The position numbers and the translations under genes were made by a program. A stretch of DNA of 55,568 nucleotides, the filler included, from Sphacelaria rigidula (taxonomy: Eukaryota): assembly GCA_964200075.2 (NCBI GenBank). It is 5 parts of 5 records of this genome, joined end to end, with 100 filler letters (N's around TTAATTAATTAA, not from the genome) between each part and the next. Parts side by side here need not be neighbours in the genome. Positions count along the whole stretch, not along the records: positions 11,136 to 22,169 come from CAXNAA020005501.1; positions 22,270 to 33,302 come from CAXNAA020005502.1; 3 more parts are not named here. One strand, written 5' to 3'. A model generated the notes under the pieces. The model did not search any database, was not told where the DNA came from, and saw nothing but the letters and a program-made list of their open reading frames with translations. Positions within the stretch are counted from its first letter, which is position 1, and each line of letters begins with the position of its first letter. Below, piece by piece: positions 11,900 to 23,467 of the stretch.

Positions 11900-13575
11900 A
11901 TGTTTACCCGAAACAGAAACCAACTTCTCTTTGTAAAATTGGAATTGTGGTAGTTTTTCGCTCCTGCCGTTGTTCTTGAACGCACTGCCGTTGGCTATTT
12001 GACTCTTGCATTCAGAATTGTCGTGTTGTCGGTACGATGAAGATTGCACCACTTCACAGGCCTATTCCCGCTGTTTGACTGTCTTCTAAAACGACTGTCA
12101 CGCATATGGTGGCCAGAGTTCCCACAGTAGTAACGTTTTCCAGTGAACCTAATAGATGTTGTTGATTAATCAAACGGCGATGCCGCTATCATGGCGGAAT
12201 CATGACCACGTACCCCCTTCGACAAAATAACGCGTGCAACGCGATTTGAGTACATGTTTCGCATTGTGACTTGAATGTCGGAGATGCTTAAGTCGGGATC
12301 ACGCTCGGCATCATACTTTATCCGATCGTAATCATCACCTAAATCTTCCACCACGATATCCACCAGTCTTTCATCGGAAATGGGCTCGCCCATATAAACT
12401 AGCTGGTCACGAAGTTCAAAGACCTTGGTTAGAAACACGTCAGGTTCTTGTCCAGGCGACATTTTGATATTATCGAGCTGACGCATGAGAATTCGTCGCC
12501 GTTGTTTCGAAGAAATCTCGTATTTAGCAACCAGGGCCTCCCAAGCAATGTTTCCGTTCGGTTTTGCATAGCCCTTCGGCTCGAAGCAAAAGAGAAAACT
12601 ACCCGCTGGACCTCGAGTTGTCGAGTATAAAATGTTGAATAACTTCTCGTTGCAGCGATCCCAATTCTCAACTCCTGAACCGTTCACCACAATTCTCGCA
12701 TGTGTTTCGTCTCGGGTGGATTCCACGCCGCCGCCAGCCGGGTCCTCAACTGGATCACTTGCTTCGGCTGCCCCTTCACATGAAGACGGTGGGATTCCTT
12801 GGGAGCGCGTGTGTGGCGGGCTTGATCCTGACGCGGGTCGTGCAACCGGGTGTGACTTGGCATCTTGAATGTGCTCCACGCCATCAAAAATTTCCGCGAG
12901 GGGAATAACTCCGTTCATTATATCAAAAGTCCCTGGGTGCGTCAGGGAAATCGTGGCACGCGTGCTGCACTTCCATTCGAGGAAATTAGTATCGTCGGAT
13001 TTCCCGATGCTCATAATGACCTATGCAACTGGTGGTTCTCCTTCATTATTCATCTGTTGCAAATATGTGAAAAAAATATCATACCTAAAACCATGGGCAA
13101 TTCAAAAATCTGAAGGCTGGACTCTTCTCACGTTTTGCTGCTGTGACGACCTTGATGGAAAGTCCCTTCGTTGGTGCTGTCCGACGTAGTCTCGAATCGA
13201 AGTCTGATGACCTGGTGACCTACGTGGTCGCGAATCGAGGCTTATAACCTGTTGGATAAGCTCGTGTTATGTAGCACTGTCTCAAAGACAGACTGACTAC
13301 TGTCGCGCAGACAGTAGTATATGGCAGAGCTTACACCTGTGGTTGTGAGACCACTTGTTGCAGCTCAAAATAAGAATCGATAAGATAGATGGTTGATTGG
13401 ACTCTTCATCCGGCCGAGACAAAACAGAACGCACAGTCTCTTCTCGAAGCAGAGAACTGAGGGTGGTGAAGGAGAGTGATTGCATGTGGGTCGACTTGAC
13501 CAAGCTCAGCGCACTCAATCCTTGGAACAAAGAACAAACTCTACACGTGCGTGAGGCAAAAAGGCATCCTCGACA
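11900..13575 (-). mobile_element. Truncated Ty1/Copia LTR retrotransposon (5' LTR ~13575-13250, PBS, gag; no pol)
   Basis: On the minus strand TGTCG...CCAACA is followed directly by GGTTATAAGCC (13249-13239), resembling the half-tRNA-iMet PBS of Copia elements. The gag ORF follows, then a frameshifted KWCNLH..HDNSEC knuckle-like remnant at about 12055-12000. The outer LTR boundary is tentative. Confidence 0.75.
12166..13014 (-). pseudogene. Copia gag (Retrotran_gag_2/UBN2-like) ORF, 282 aa, prematurely ended
   Basis: NEKLFNILY, GNIAWEALVAKYE, LDNIKMSPGQEPDVFL, LRDQLVYMGEPISDERLVDIVV and DDYDRIK are typical of Copia gag. Confidence 0.8.
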
Positions 13576-13780
13576 CTGACGTGTTGGTTTGCCAGCTCAC
13601 AGACTATATTCTCCTCAACCTACGTGAATACAGTACGCTACTCACAAAAAATGGCAGCCCACTGTCGTATCCTACGAGCTAACGTGCCTAAGCTTGAAAG
13701 ATATCTACCATCAAGGATCCACATCAAACGGTACTATACCCAGGGTCATTGTTGGGTTTGGGGGCCTTTTTGAACCGGAG

Positions 13781-14128
13781 CTTTTTGTGCCACTAATTTG
13801 CTACAGAATCAAAAAGCCGAAAGGAAACAAACAGCTAGATTGCTGACTGTATAGGGTCTTAACAATCACTATGCAAAGTATTGTTCGCGTTTGGAAACGG
13901 ACTACCGCTTGAGGTGGTCGCGGGTCACTGCAGACCCCGTGCGTGAAGGTCATACTTTTTGTGCCACTAATTTGCTACAGAATCAAAAAGCCGAAAGGAA
14001 ACGAACAGCTAGATTGCTGACTGTATAGGGTCTTAACAATCACTATGCGAAGTATTGTTCGCGTTTGGAAACGGACTACCGCTTGAGGTGGTCGCGGGTC
14101 ACTGCAGACCCCGTGCGTGAAGGTCATA
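13781..14128. repeat. Direct tandem duplication, 2 x 174 bp
   Basis: CTTTTTGTGCCACTAATTTGC...GTGAAGGTCATA starts at 13781 and again at 13955, with about 2 substitutions. Confidence 0.92.
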
Positions 14129-14857
14129 CCCGCCTTTTTCACCAATGGCAAAAAATGCCTTTTTGCTAGCACACAACCGTCTCCAGTCTGTCACGGTTAT
14201 GCCGTAGCATTGCACCCGAAATGAGTACTCTCGACATGTCTTTCTACACAGACAAACACACGTTACCCAAGACCACACCCGTGGTCGCTGATAGGCAACG
14301 CTCATCTTGGCATGCGGAACACCCAATCGATACCCACGTCGATCTCTTCTTCCCACAACCAAAAACAGCGTTCTCTGCAAGTATTGCCGCAGGAAAAACC
14401 CGGCCTGAAGGAGCGCAATATGTCAGCACGAGCACCGCTTCCATGCGTGCACCCACGTGAAAGACAGCCGAGTGAAAATCAAATCGTGCGATAAGCAAAA
14501 CGCATGCCGGTCGGCACGCGTATCGGGCAGTGATCAGGACAACGGGCGCCTTTTTTTCGCATATTCTATGCCACGCGCTTCGACCACCACACGCACAGAG
14601 CAAACAAGCAACACGCCATTCTCCCTCTACATCCAGATCCGCCTTGGGGGCCGAGACGACACAAAAGCCGGGGAGTTATCAGCAACAAGCATAGCCTGAA
14701 GAAGCGACAAATGAGTGCCCGCCATTAAAACCCTAATGTTGTACAGTCAGTATATGGCAATGCTGCGGGCAAAAAAAGCAGCATTGTCACTGACACAGAA
14801 AGCAAACACACGAGATGCACACCGAGCAGACACACGGCACGGCTCAAACATCCGTCT

Positions 14858-17800
14858 CTACAACTCGTCAAAGCACTTGAACACCCGCCAGCTGGCTAAA
14901 CTTTTGTCTACGGCACCACCGGCCACCGCCGCGCTGGGAGCAGCGCCACCTGCGCCGGTCTCATCACGCGTGGGACCATCTTCATCTCCATCCGGGAGCA
15001 TCATTTGGCTGCTGCCAACACCCACCGCCTCGGCTGTCAAGCACTTGCCGTCGGCATCGTAGTGCAACATTCCGAAGCACAGTTGGCAGCAGTAGACGGG
15101 TTCCTGAAAGGGCCGAATTTGAAGGACACCGGGAGCAAGGGAAGGAAAAAATGTATCCCCAGCTTTGTCCAACGTGGTCCCAAGTAAGTTTGTATATGTG
15201 TATATATATATGCACATACCAAACGTCGCGACCCTTCATTTTTAGAGTCATGATCTGAACAAATGCGTGCATTCTGCTACACAGAGTAAGAACAACCTCA
15301 CTGACGTTTCATTTTTTTTTTGCTTAGCCTCTAAGGGCCGAGACACTCGTGTATTGAGGTTCTTGCTGCACATTTGGTCATTATCCACAACGGTGAATGT
15401 TGACAAGTCATCCCAAATAACGGGGCATGAAGAAAACTCCAGCACGGTTGTGCGTAACATGCATACCAACATGTGTATCAAGGTTTCAGGTCAGAAGTCC
15501 GAACACGCAAGAGGGAAGAACGCCTTGCACAAGTTGCTGTACTACTGAGCGGCTGAGTCCAACGGGTCGTATGACTCCAGACTACGCGGACGAAAAACAC
15601 TTGAGTATACTAAAAGGAGTAAAATGCCGGCCACTTACTTGACGGATTTCTCGTCATGCCGGATATGGACATTCTTTGTCTGTGATCGCTGCGCGATTCC
15701 GACCATGGCATTGTGTTCGCCCAGTTTCGAGTGCCGAGTGCATGTGTAATATGCTGTACATACCATGAAGTTCAGGGTTTTGACTGTAGCCGACCACCCG
15801 AGTTCTTTCTCGTTCCAAAATCATCTGAGTTTTAGTCACGGGAGATAATTTTCAAAACCATGTTGCATTTAGAGTGCGCGTATGTTCCCGAGGTATAAGA
15901 GGTTGAAAACAGAAAAGTCATCCCCCGTCTCCACCCTAGTTTCAGTTAGCGTGGGCAGGTTCCGCCCACCCGCATGATTAGGTCCACGTACATGAAGACA
16001 GTTTGCCCCGCACAATATGCAGTGCAAGGCACGGCACGAGGGCTTCCAAAAATATTACGGTATTTGTGGCAAACGGAATGAGGTATGTAGCACTGGGATG
16101 AGGTAGCGGTGAGCTCCGTACCAGCTATCGTCTGTGCCTTGACCGAGATGTGTATGTGTGTAGGTGTGTGTGTGTAGGTGTGTGCAAAGTTGCAGGGCGG
16201 CCGATTAGTCCACACGCCTACCAGTCGGTGGGGGGTCATAATACCACGATTGACGTGATGCACACGCGGAGAGACAACCGCGCGGTAGAGTACATCAGCA
16301 GCAGTACACAACACACATCGACAAAGCCGAGAAGCAATATACCCGTGCACGCCACATCTATCCTACGGTACTCAAGAACGAAGGGATGCATGGCACGAAC
16401 TCCTCTACATTGCGGTAAACTACTGTTGTAGAAGAGGCGATCAGAGGCGGGAACTCTGGTGAGATATATGCAATCCGCCGACGAGACTAAGTCTTCCTTA
16501 ACCTAGCATGACAAAATGACGCTCTTGTCACATATATGAAAAAAATGGGCTAGTCTTTTCTACGTCAAAATTTCGATCTAAAAAAAAAAAAGGTGTAGCT
16601 GATTCCTGCCTTCAACACCTTCGCATATTCGTGTTCATATTTTTGTTCTGGAACTTACAGCCCCCGGAAGCGGGCAACAAAACAACGCGTGTCGTGTATT
16701 TCGGATTACGATGGTCCTACTAGGTGAAGGAATAGATGAGACTGTACTGTACTGCTGCTGAACGGAGACGATTAGCACTCGATCATGACAAGGACCGCCA
16801 GCTGCGTACGTTAGGTAGGTGTCCCCTTTACCAGCCCAGGCAGCGGAGATTACGCCAAGACAGCAAGAAGCGCCTTCGTGAGGAGCCGAGATGACAACAA
16901 AAGCGAAAGTCAAGATCGCGGCCGTCCAAGTTCGGCGACAGGTCACAACGCAAGGTGAGAAATCTGGAGCCCGGCGACGGTGTCGAGCGGGATGCGGTTA
17001 GCGCTGTGAGGCGGAACACTAGGCGAGACACCAAGGGCGATCGCTGACAGATAAGGAATGAGACGGAAACCTGAGGGAGCGGTGACAATGGATCGCAAGG
17101 ATGTCACCAGAAGGATGCGTCAGAGTCTTCCTTTTTCCTTCCGATCAGAAGCAAAACACAGATGCGACATGTGCGGTACTCCACCAAAGGTGACCGGTGT
17201 GGAATGCACTGCCTTGATGCTTTGCTGCCGCGACCCAGTGGTATAAGGTGCAACTTGAGCCACTACAATAGTTCGGAAGATGCGAACTCGATCTCCGGTA
17301 TGTTCATTTTGAGTTTCCCTGATAAACGTTTTCGCAGTTGAAAACGTGAGAACGCTCGTAGCAAAAATATTTCATTTGCCAAGAGTCAATGCGGTGTGGG
17401 AGTACTCGTACTGACCCAATACATGATACCAAACTACTGGATGAGGCTTGTACCGAGGGGGAAATCGATTGATCCTTGAGAGAGCGGCTACGAGCTCGTC
17501 CCGAGAAATGGTTGAGATTGAACATATGTCATGTATGTATATATGTATATATATATATCGACGCCGATGATTGCGTGTGATCGAGAGGGCGAAAATTGTG
17601 AAGATGACATGATTTGCTCGGTAGCATCCGACACCTTGCCCGAACCCTCGAGTGTTTGGCTGTCGACGAGTGCACTACCGTGAAGATGGTACAGTGAGGT
17701 GCCGTCGGTCAACCGGGGATCCTTGTTTTCTACCCTGCTGCTGCAGCTCACTTTGCTTACGGTGGATACCCTCTACCGCTGTCATCTCGACCGATGTTGC

Positions 17801-20800
17801 CATGTATTGTCTCGTCTTGTCGTGGTATTTCAGTAATCCTTTCGGCACGGTTACCTCCCATCCCCGAGTCTGGCGCCTTCTACTACCTACATACGCCCAT
17901 GGTCGGAGAGGACAAAAGCGGCACATCTACACCTCCATGATATGCACATAAAAAGCAGGCGCCCTCGTGTGGTCGGGGCAGTTTCGTCCAATTGTAGCGC
18001 TCGCGCGGTGAGGCGTGGCCAATTCCGCACCAGTAAATGAATCATCACTTTGGAATACAAATTGTACAATGCACTAATTGTCATCATTGAGAGTGTCAGC
18101 TTCATAGTGCCGGAAGTCAAAATTGTGTTTACTTAAACCCGTAGAGCGTTCATGTAATATACTGTGGCACACGAAATCACGAAATTCGTTGCTGCTCTGT
18201 ACTTTGCACCATCTACGGCCGTAGTGACCGTGCGACCAAGCGCCCCACTCTCCGAATCTTGCACTGCACCCCGAGCATGCTCAGGGATGCGCCTTGCGGC
18301 CTTTTGTCAAACGTGAATGATCCGTGAAAACTGTGCTGTACTCCCCAGACGACCGATATCACCATTGATGTCAAGCGACAGTCAAACCTCGGTCTTACGT
18401 GGAAACTTTCCGTTTCATCACATGGTGCTCGTACTGCGAGTCATGTGATGGTCTTACAGGTGAATCCCTGCTTGTTGTTGAAGTGCAGTCTTGTATTGAC
18501 CGCGAGTACTACTAAGCCACTCTTGGTGCAGACATAAGCCACGACTGTGGGGGCTATTGCACCGTAGGCGCAAGTGTAGAGAAGGCGTCGATGGTACAAG
18601 CGAACGGTGTTGGCCTGTTCAGAACAAACTCCAAAAAATCAAACATAAAAGTGTGATGGTCGAAGTGGTATGCTAATGGGCACTGCTCATGGCTGCGGCA
18701 TACAGGTAGGTAGGTAATTTTTCCGGCTAGGCAACAAGGCAACATCCACCGCCGTCACTACCGTCGAACGTCACCCGCAGGTTGTGTTCATTGCAACTGT
18801 TGTACAGTGCGCGTAACGCTACTGCTGTGTGCTTATTATGCCGGGTGTACAGTAGTACTCGCCAAGACGACGCATCGCCTGGGGCTGTACCGCAACTGCT
18901 TTGCACCTGTCTGTGCTGGCGTACTGCTGTGTGCATACCAGGTAGTACAACAGGAACCGCGATCATCAACCATGGACGTCACTCTCAATTCTCTTGATGC
19001 GCGTGCACGGGTCTGAGAGTATCGCACTTTGGTTTAATCATACAGCTCGAACAATCGAAGAGTATCGAGCATGCCTACACAGAAAAAAGACACCTAGACG
19101 TCGTTATCGTGTACATGGTCAGTACCGAACGTTATAAACGCGTCTACTCATCCATCATAACATGCGGCGTCGTGCCCGTCGCCGTTCGCCTTCTCGTCTT
19201 GCGATGATGAACCGAAGGCTCCGAAAGAGGAGTGGTGACAGCAGAATGCCCATGGTTGTGTTGTATGTATTCACCAGTGTGACAGACTCATGTTGATATT
19301 CATATATTCTCGCTTGCACGTTAATCTACGCTACCTTTGACCGTATGTGTGAGGATGTTCTCTGCACTGACTGGCTGTTGCTGGCAGCTGCGGTTTGCCG
19401 TCTCTCTGCAGCACCGCCCCTCGGTCGTGGAATTTACTGTCCACCTATTCCATTGTCCTACACCTTTACTCCGCAGGGTCTTTGACAAGCGTGACAAATG
19501 GTTCAATCTGTTTCCGATCATTCGCCACGATTGTTGCAGATATGACGCCTACAGGAGTGAGTACAGGCAGTGAATTTATGGTGAGTAAATGATGAGCGTT
19601 TCTCGTCAGAATTGCAGGCGTACATAATTTTCGATATTCATGCAAATGACCCATCACACATTTCTCGCTGCTTGACGAATGGTGGCTTCTTTCTGCCCGT
19701 CTGCGCAATTTGAAAAAACACAGTTTTTTGTTTGTGTTCTTGTCGTTATCTAACAATATTCCCATGATATTTTTGGTTATTCAAAATGGGTCATAACCAC
19801 ATATGATACTGATATGAAAGACCACGTGACGGAGAAGGCGAACAAACGGTAATGTGATCAAATTCGTTCGTTCTCTAGGGAGTCGAGGCCCAACTGACAC
19901 CCGCCATATTCTCCGCTATGTTTCTCCGTGCCCACAACGTAGTCGGATACCTTTTGAACGAGCGAAGCAGGGTTGTCTGAACAGCTCCAACTGAACCCGT
20001 TCGCAGGAAGCGTGAAAAGGATTCAATTGGCGATTCATCTCTGTCTGGGGTCGCACCATGATGCCTCAATCCAGACTATTCCAACCGACAGAACAAATTT
20101 ACCATCTGTATACATAATGCCGGTCGCCCCGGTGTCTCAGTAGGTAACCTCGAAACCTTCTGACGGTTGGGTCGTGGGTTCGAATCTCGGTGCAATCACA
20201 CGATCTGGGATTTTGTTGATCGCATAATGCCCAACAGTGAAGAGCGATCATGTCGTCGGTAAACAAATTTCGACGTTACGGTCGACGAGGGAAAGTGAAA
20301 CTGAACACCTCTCGCGATGAAAAAGAAGGCACGTACCGCAGAAGGATTGTGTGGCTGTGTTGTGGTGTCGTCCCTTCCATTCTGGACGCCGGTCCACACC
20401 CTTCGGGATATATATGTGGGCGCACCAGCCGGGGTCACGCAGGAGGAAGGCCAACACAGAAGCTTTTTTTTATGCATCTATTTTTTGTGCCCCACCTTCC
20501 ATCTGCGGTGGTTGCTTTTATTTTTCATCGAGAGGAGGTTTCAGCAGTCCCTTTCCCTCGTCAACCGTCAAGTCGATTTCTTGTGTTCCCACGACATGTC
20601 GCTCTCCACTGTTGGGCATTGTGTCAGAAAAAATCTCAGATCGCTCCGAGATTTGAACCCACGACCCAACCGTCAGAAGGTTTCAAGGTTACCAACTGAG
20701 CCACCAGGGCGACCGGTGGTGTAGTAAAACAGAAAAAAAAAAAGTTCCTTTGTCGGCCTTCCTCCTGTGTGACCTCGGCTGATACGCCCTCATTTACCGA

Positions 20801-21691
20801 AAGATGTAGACGGGCGTCCAGAATAAATGGGATGACAACACACACATACTCGTTGGTGGGAAAAAGAAGCTTTCCCTCCACAGGTATCCGGCACACCTTG
20901 GGGTATGTTTGTTTGCAGGCGGCATCGAATCCTTCCCACATACTTTTGCACTGGAAATATTAGATATGGCGATCAAACCGAAAAAAAAAACGCGATACCC
21001 GCCCACCACGCAGTGCCATCTTCCCCCTTCTGCATTTCGTCGAACACGCAGAATATCATAAACCAACAGACACATGGGCACACACACACAGACAGACGCT
21101 TGGAAACGAGCACTTGGCGCTTTTCCAAAAACGTATACCCCTCCTCTCTATGAACACGAGAAACGGGAACAAGTCAATTAGTCTCTCACCTCATCTGCCA
21201 GCGGATGCCCGAAACTCTTGTACACAGCCGCCCTTACCATGCAGATGGCGCACCGCTTCACGTTAGGCTTAACCCGAAAGGTCAAACGTGGATAACCCCC
21301 ATCGACATTGCCACTAACCAGCACCTCAGCGCCCCCTTTCCCCACTCCAACGTCATCCCCCCCCGCCGGGTCCACACCTCCCTCACCCGCGACCCCTCCC
21401 ACTGCACCAACACCCCCACTCCGGGCATCAACGGTGTCGGGACGTGGATGGGGGGTGAGGGCGGGAGCCCCTTGTCCTTCTTCGGTTAGCGCGGCGTTTC
21501 GGGCACATGTCGTCCCCTGCTCCGCTGGATATGTGGAAGTAACGCTGATGGACGGTGGGAGGGGTTCTAGGCGGATATCGGAGATGATGAGGTGGTGCTC
21601 GCAGTCTCCGTGGTGTACGAACATGAAACGCTGGCCGAGGGCAGGGCGCAGGTCGTCGACGGTTACGTCGGATGCCCATACTAGGTCGCCT
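14858..21691 (-). CDS. SNAPC3: snRNA-activating protein complex subunit 3 (SNAP50), last two exons: ~21691-21190 and 15103-14858 (stop)
   Basis: zf-SNAP50_C motifs LGQRFMFVHHGDCEHHLIISDIRL, YPR...KRCAICMV and LADE|EPVYCCQLCFGMLHYDADG are joined in phase 0 by a GTGAG...CAG intron of 6.1 kb. The stop TAG is at 14860-14858. The upper acceptor is uncertain by about 2 nt, and earlier exons were not found in this contig. Confidence 0.9.
20120..20848 (+). mobile_element. SINE family A copy split by a nested copy (pieces 20120-~20346 and ~20716-20848)
   Basis: Box A/B head at 20120-20192. The body stops at GCAGAAGGA and resumes after 20715, continuing to the GGCGTCCAGAATAAATGGGATGACAACACAC tail. Confidence 0.85.
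20350..20715 (-). mobile_element. Full-length SINE family A copy nested in the opposite orientation
   Basis: Reverse complement of the complete ~360-bp family A sequence, from head (20715) to CA-rich tail (~20350). Confidence 0.85.
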
Positions 21692-21880
21692 CTTTTCGGG
21701 GAACACACACGCGCACACAGCCACACGAACGCAGGAAGGAATGCACGTATTCGCGCATGCACAGCGGGGTGACGGGAAAATAGGGGTCAGGCGCGAAGGG
21801 GGGGGGTGAGGGAGGAGGGAGGAGTAAAGCAAGGGAAACTCAAGCTCGCCACGTTTTCTATTCCCATGCAAAGCTACCGC

Positions 21881-22169
21881 GCCCCGGTGGTGTAATGGTC
21901 CGACTGTCGCCATTAGGGTGGAGAGAGCGACGGTTCGATTCCCGATACGTTCGGTTTCTTCTTCGTTGTTATGTCTGATCTCCACCGTGGAAAGCGTGAG
22001 AACGTGAGTAAACAAAGTAGTCGACTGAGTTTGTGTGATGTGAGTTGACGCGGGGCGGGAGTGCTGACCCAATCCGCGAGACCAAAATGTAAGGCGTGTA
22101 CCGGGGGGGAGATGGGTTGATCCTTTGGGACCACGGACTCATGTCGAGGAGGGGGGGGGGGGGGGGGGG
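21881..22169 (+). mobile_element. tRNA-derived SINE family B
   Basis: Box A TGGTGTAATGG and box B GGTTCGATTCC. The body (GACGCGG..GGAGTGCTGA..CCGCGAGACC..AAGGCGTGTACC..ACCACGGA) is shared with 48730-48893 and 53595-53927. Confidence 0.7.
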
Positions 22170-22949
22170 NNNNNNNNNNNNNNNNNNNNNNNNNNNNNNN
22201 NNNNNNNNNNNNNTTAATTAATTAANNNNNNNNNNNNNNNNNNNNNNNNNNNNNNNNNNNNNNNNNNNNTAATGTTATTATGACCTCTGTATGACCCGAC
22301 CCGCTTACTAATAACCCCGGGCTAGTCAACCCGGACCGTCTTCCCGGGTCTGTCACCCTGGGACTGTCATCATCCATTCCCCGGTCTGGGAGCATCATTC
22401 TCCCGTGTCAAGATGCCTCCTTGTGGGTGCATCCCCCATCCCGTCATTCTGTACCTCAACCCAAACCGACTTGCAAAGTCCGTCCTGTTTAAGTCCACGT
22501 CGCGGCTCCGCACACTCCGCACCCTTTCACCGAGTGAGGAGCTACAACCTACACCCGCCCACCGTCCCGGGTAGGATAAATCATTCTCACTGTCCGACTG
22601 TGTCTCATATTAATGAAGCTTTGATTCTTCGCATACCTTCGGAGCCAAGGCCAAGCTATATTCATGAGTTTCGGTAATACATTGCACATCACACTTTTAC
22701 GACAAGAACAAGACCAGACAAATACCACAGTGCTCTGCAATGCTTGCTCAATCAAGCTAAACGCATCTATCTGCACCGCCAATTTGCCTCCGATGTTGTG
22801 GTAGCAGATAGGGCCAACAGTCATGGGCGCTACCTCACCCAAGTCGCCCAAAAATGGATATTTATTGAGAGTTTCTTTATGTGAAGAAAACAAAATCCTA
22901 GCACCGCCGGAGGGGGCGAGGGGGGGGGGGGTACATAGGGTCTCGGAGA

Positions 22950-23045
22950 TTTGTTTTGGGCACCCTCGGACTGCACCGAAATTTGAACCCACGACCCAAC
23001 AGTCATGAGGGTATGAAGTTACCACCTGAGCCACCGGGGCGACCG
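22950..23045 (-). mobile_element. SINE family A, head fragment
   Basis: Reverse complement of CGGTCGCCCCGGTGGCTCAGGTGGTAAC...GTCGTGGGTTCAAATTTCGG. Confidence 0.7.
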
Positions 23046-23467
23046 ACTCTCTACGTTGTACAAATGACATACTTTCGAAATATTCATCAACGGCACGTGG
23101 CTCCCACCAATGCCGAATTGAAAATAGGCAGGTGTGCTAAACGACCACCGCTCTGGCTTCGAAAAAAAGAGGCATAGGTCACACTGTCATTCACGTGACT
23201 CCCCTTCTTCCCCTCCCCTACTCCGTCTCGAAAGGGATGCGTGGTCAATGGTCGAACGACTAAGGCAAGCAACAAATGAGTACCCCCCCCCCTCCCCCCC
23301 CTACAGTGACGCTCAGTACATTCTCTGAAACGAAAAGTATGCTGGAAAATGGCGAGTAAACAACGCTTGGCGGAGAGTGAAGAAAACGGAAACGGATAAA
23401 ATCAGGGCTGAATCATCACCGCATATAGTACATCGACACAACTAACAACGCTAACACCAACACGCAC

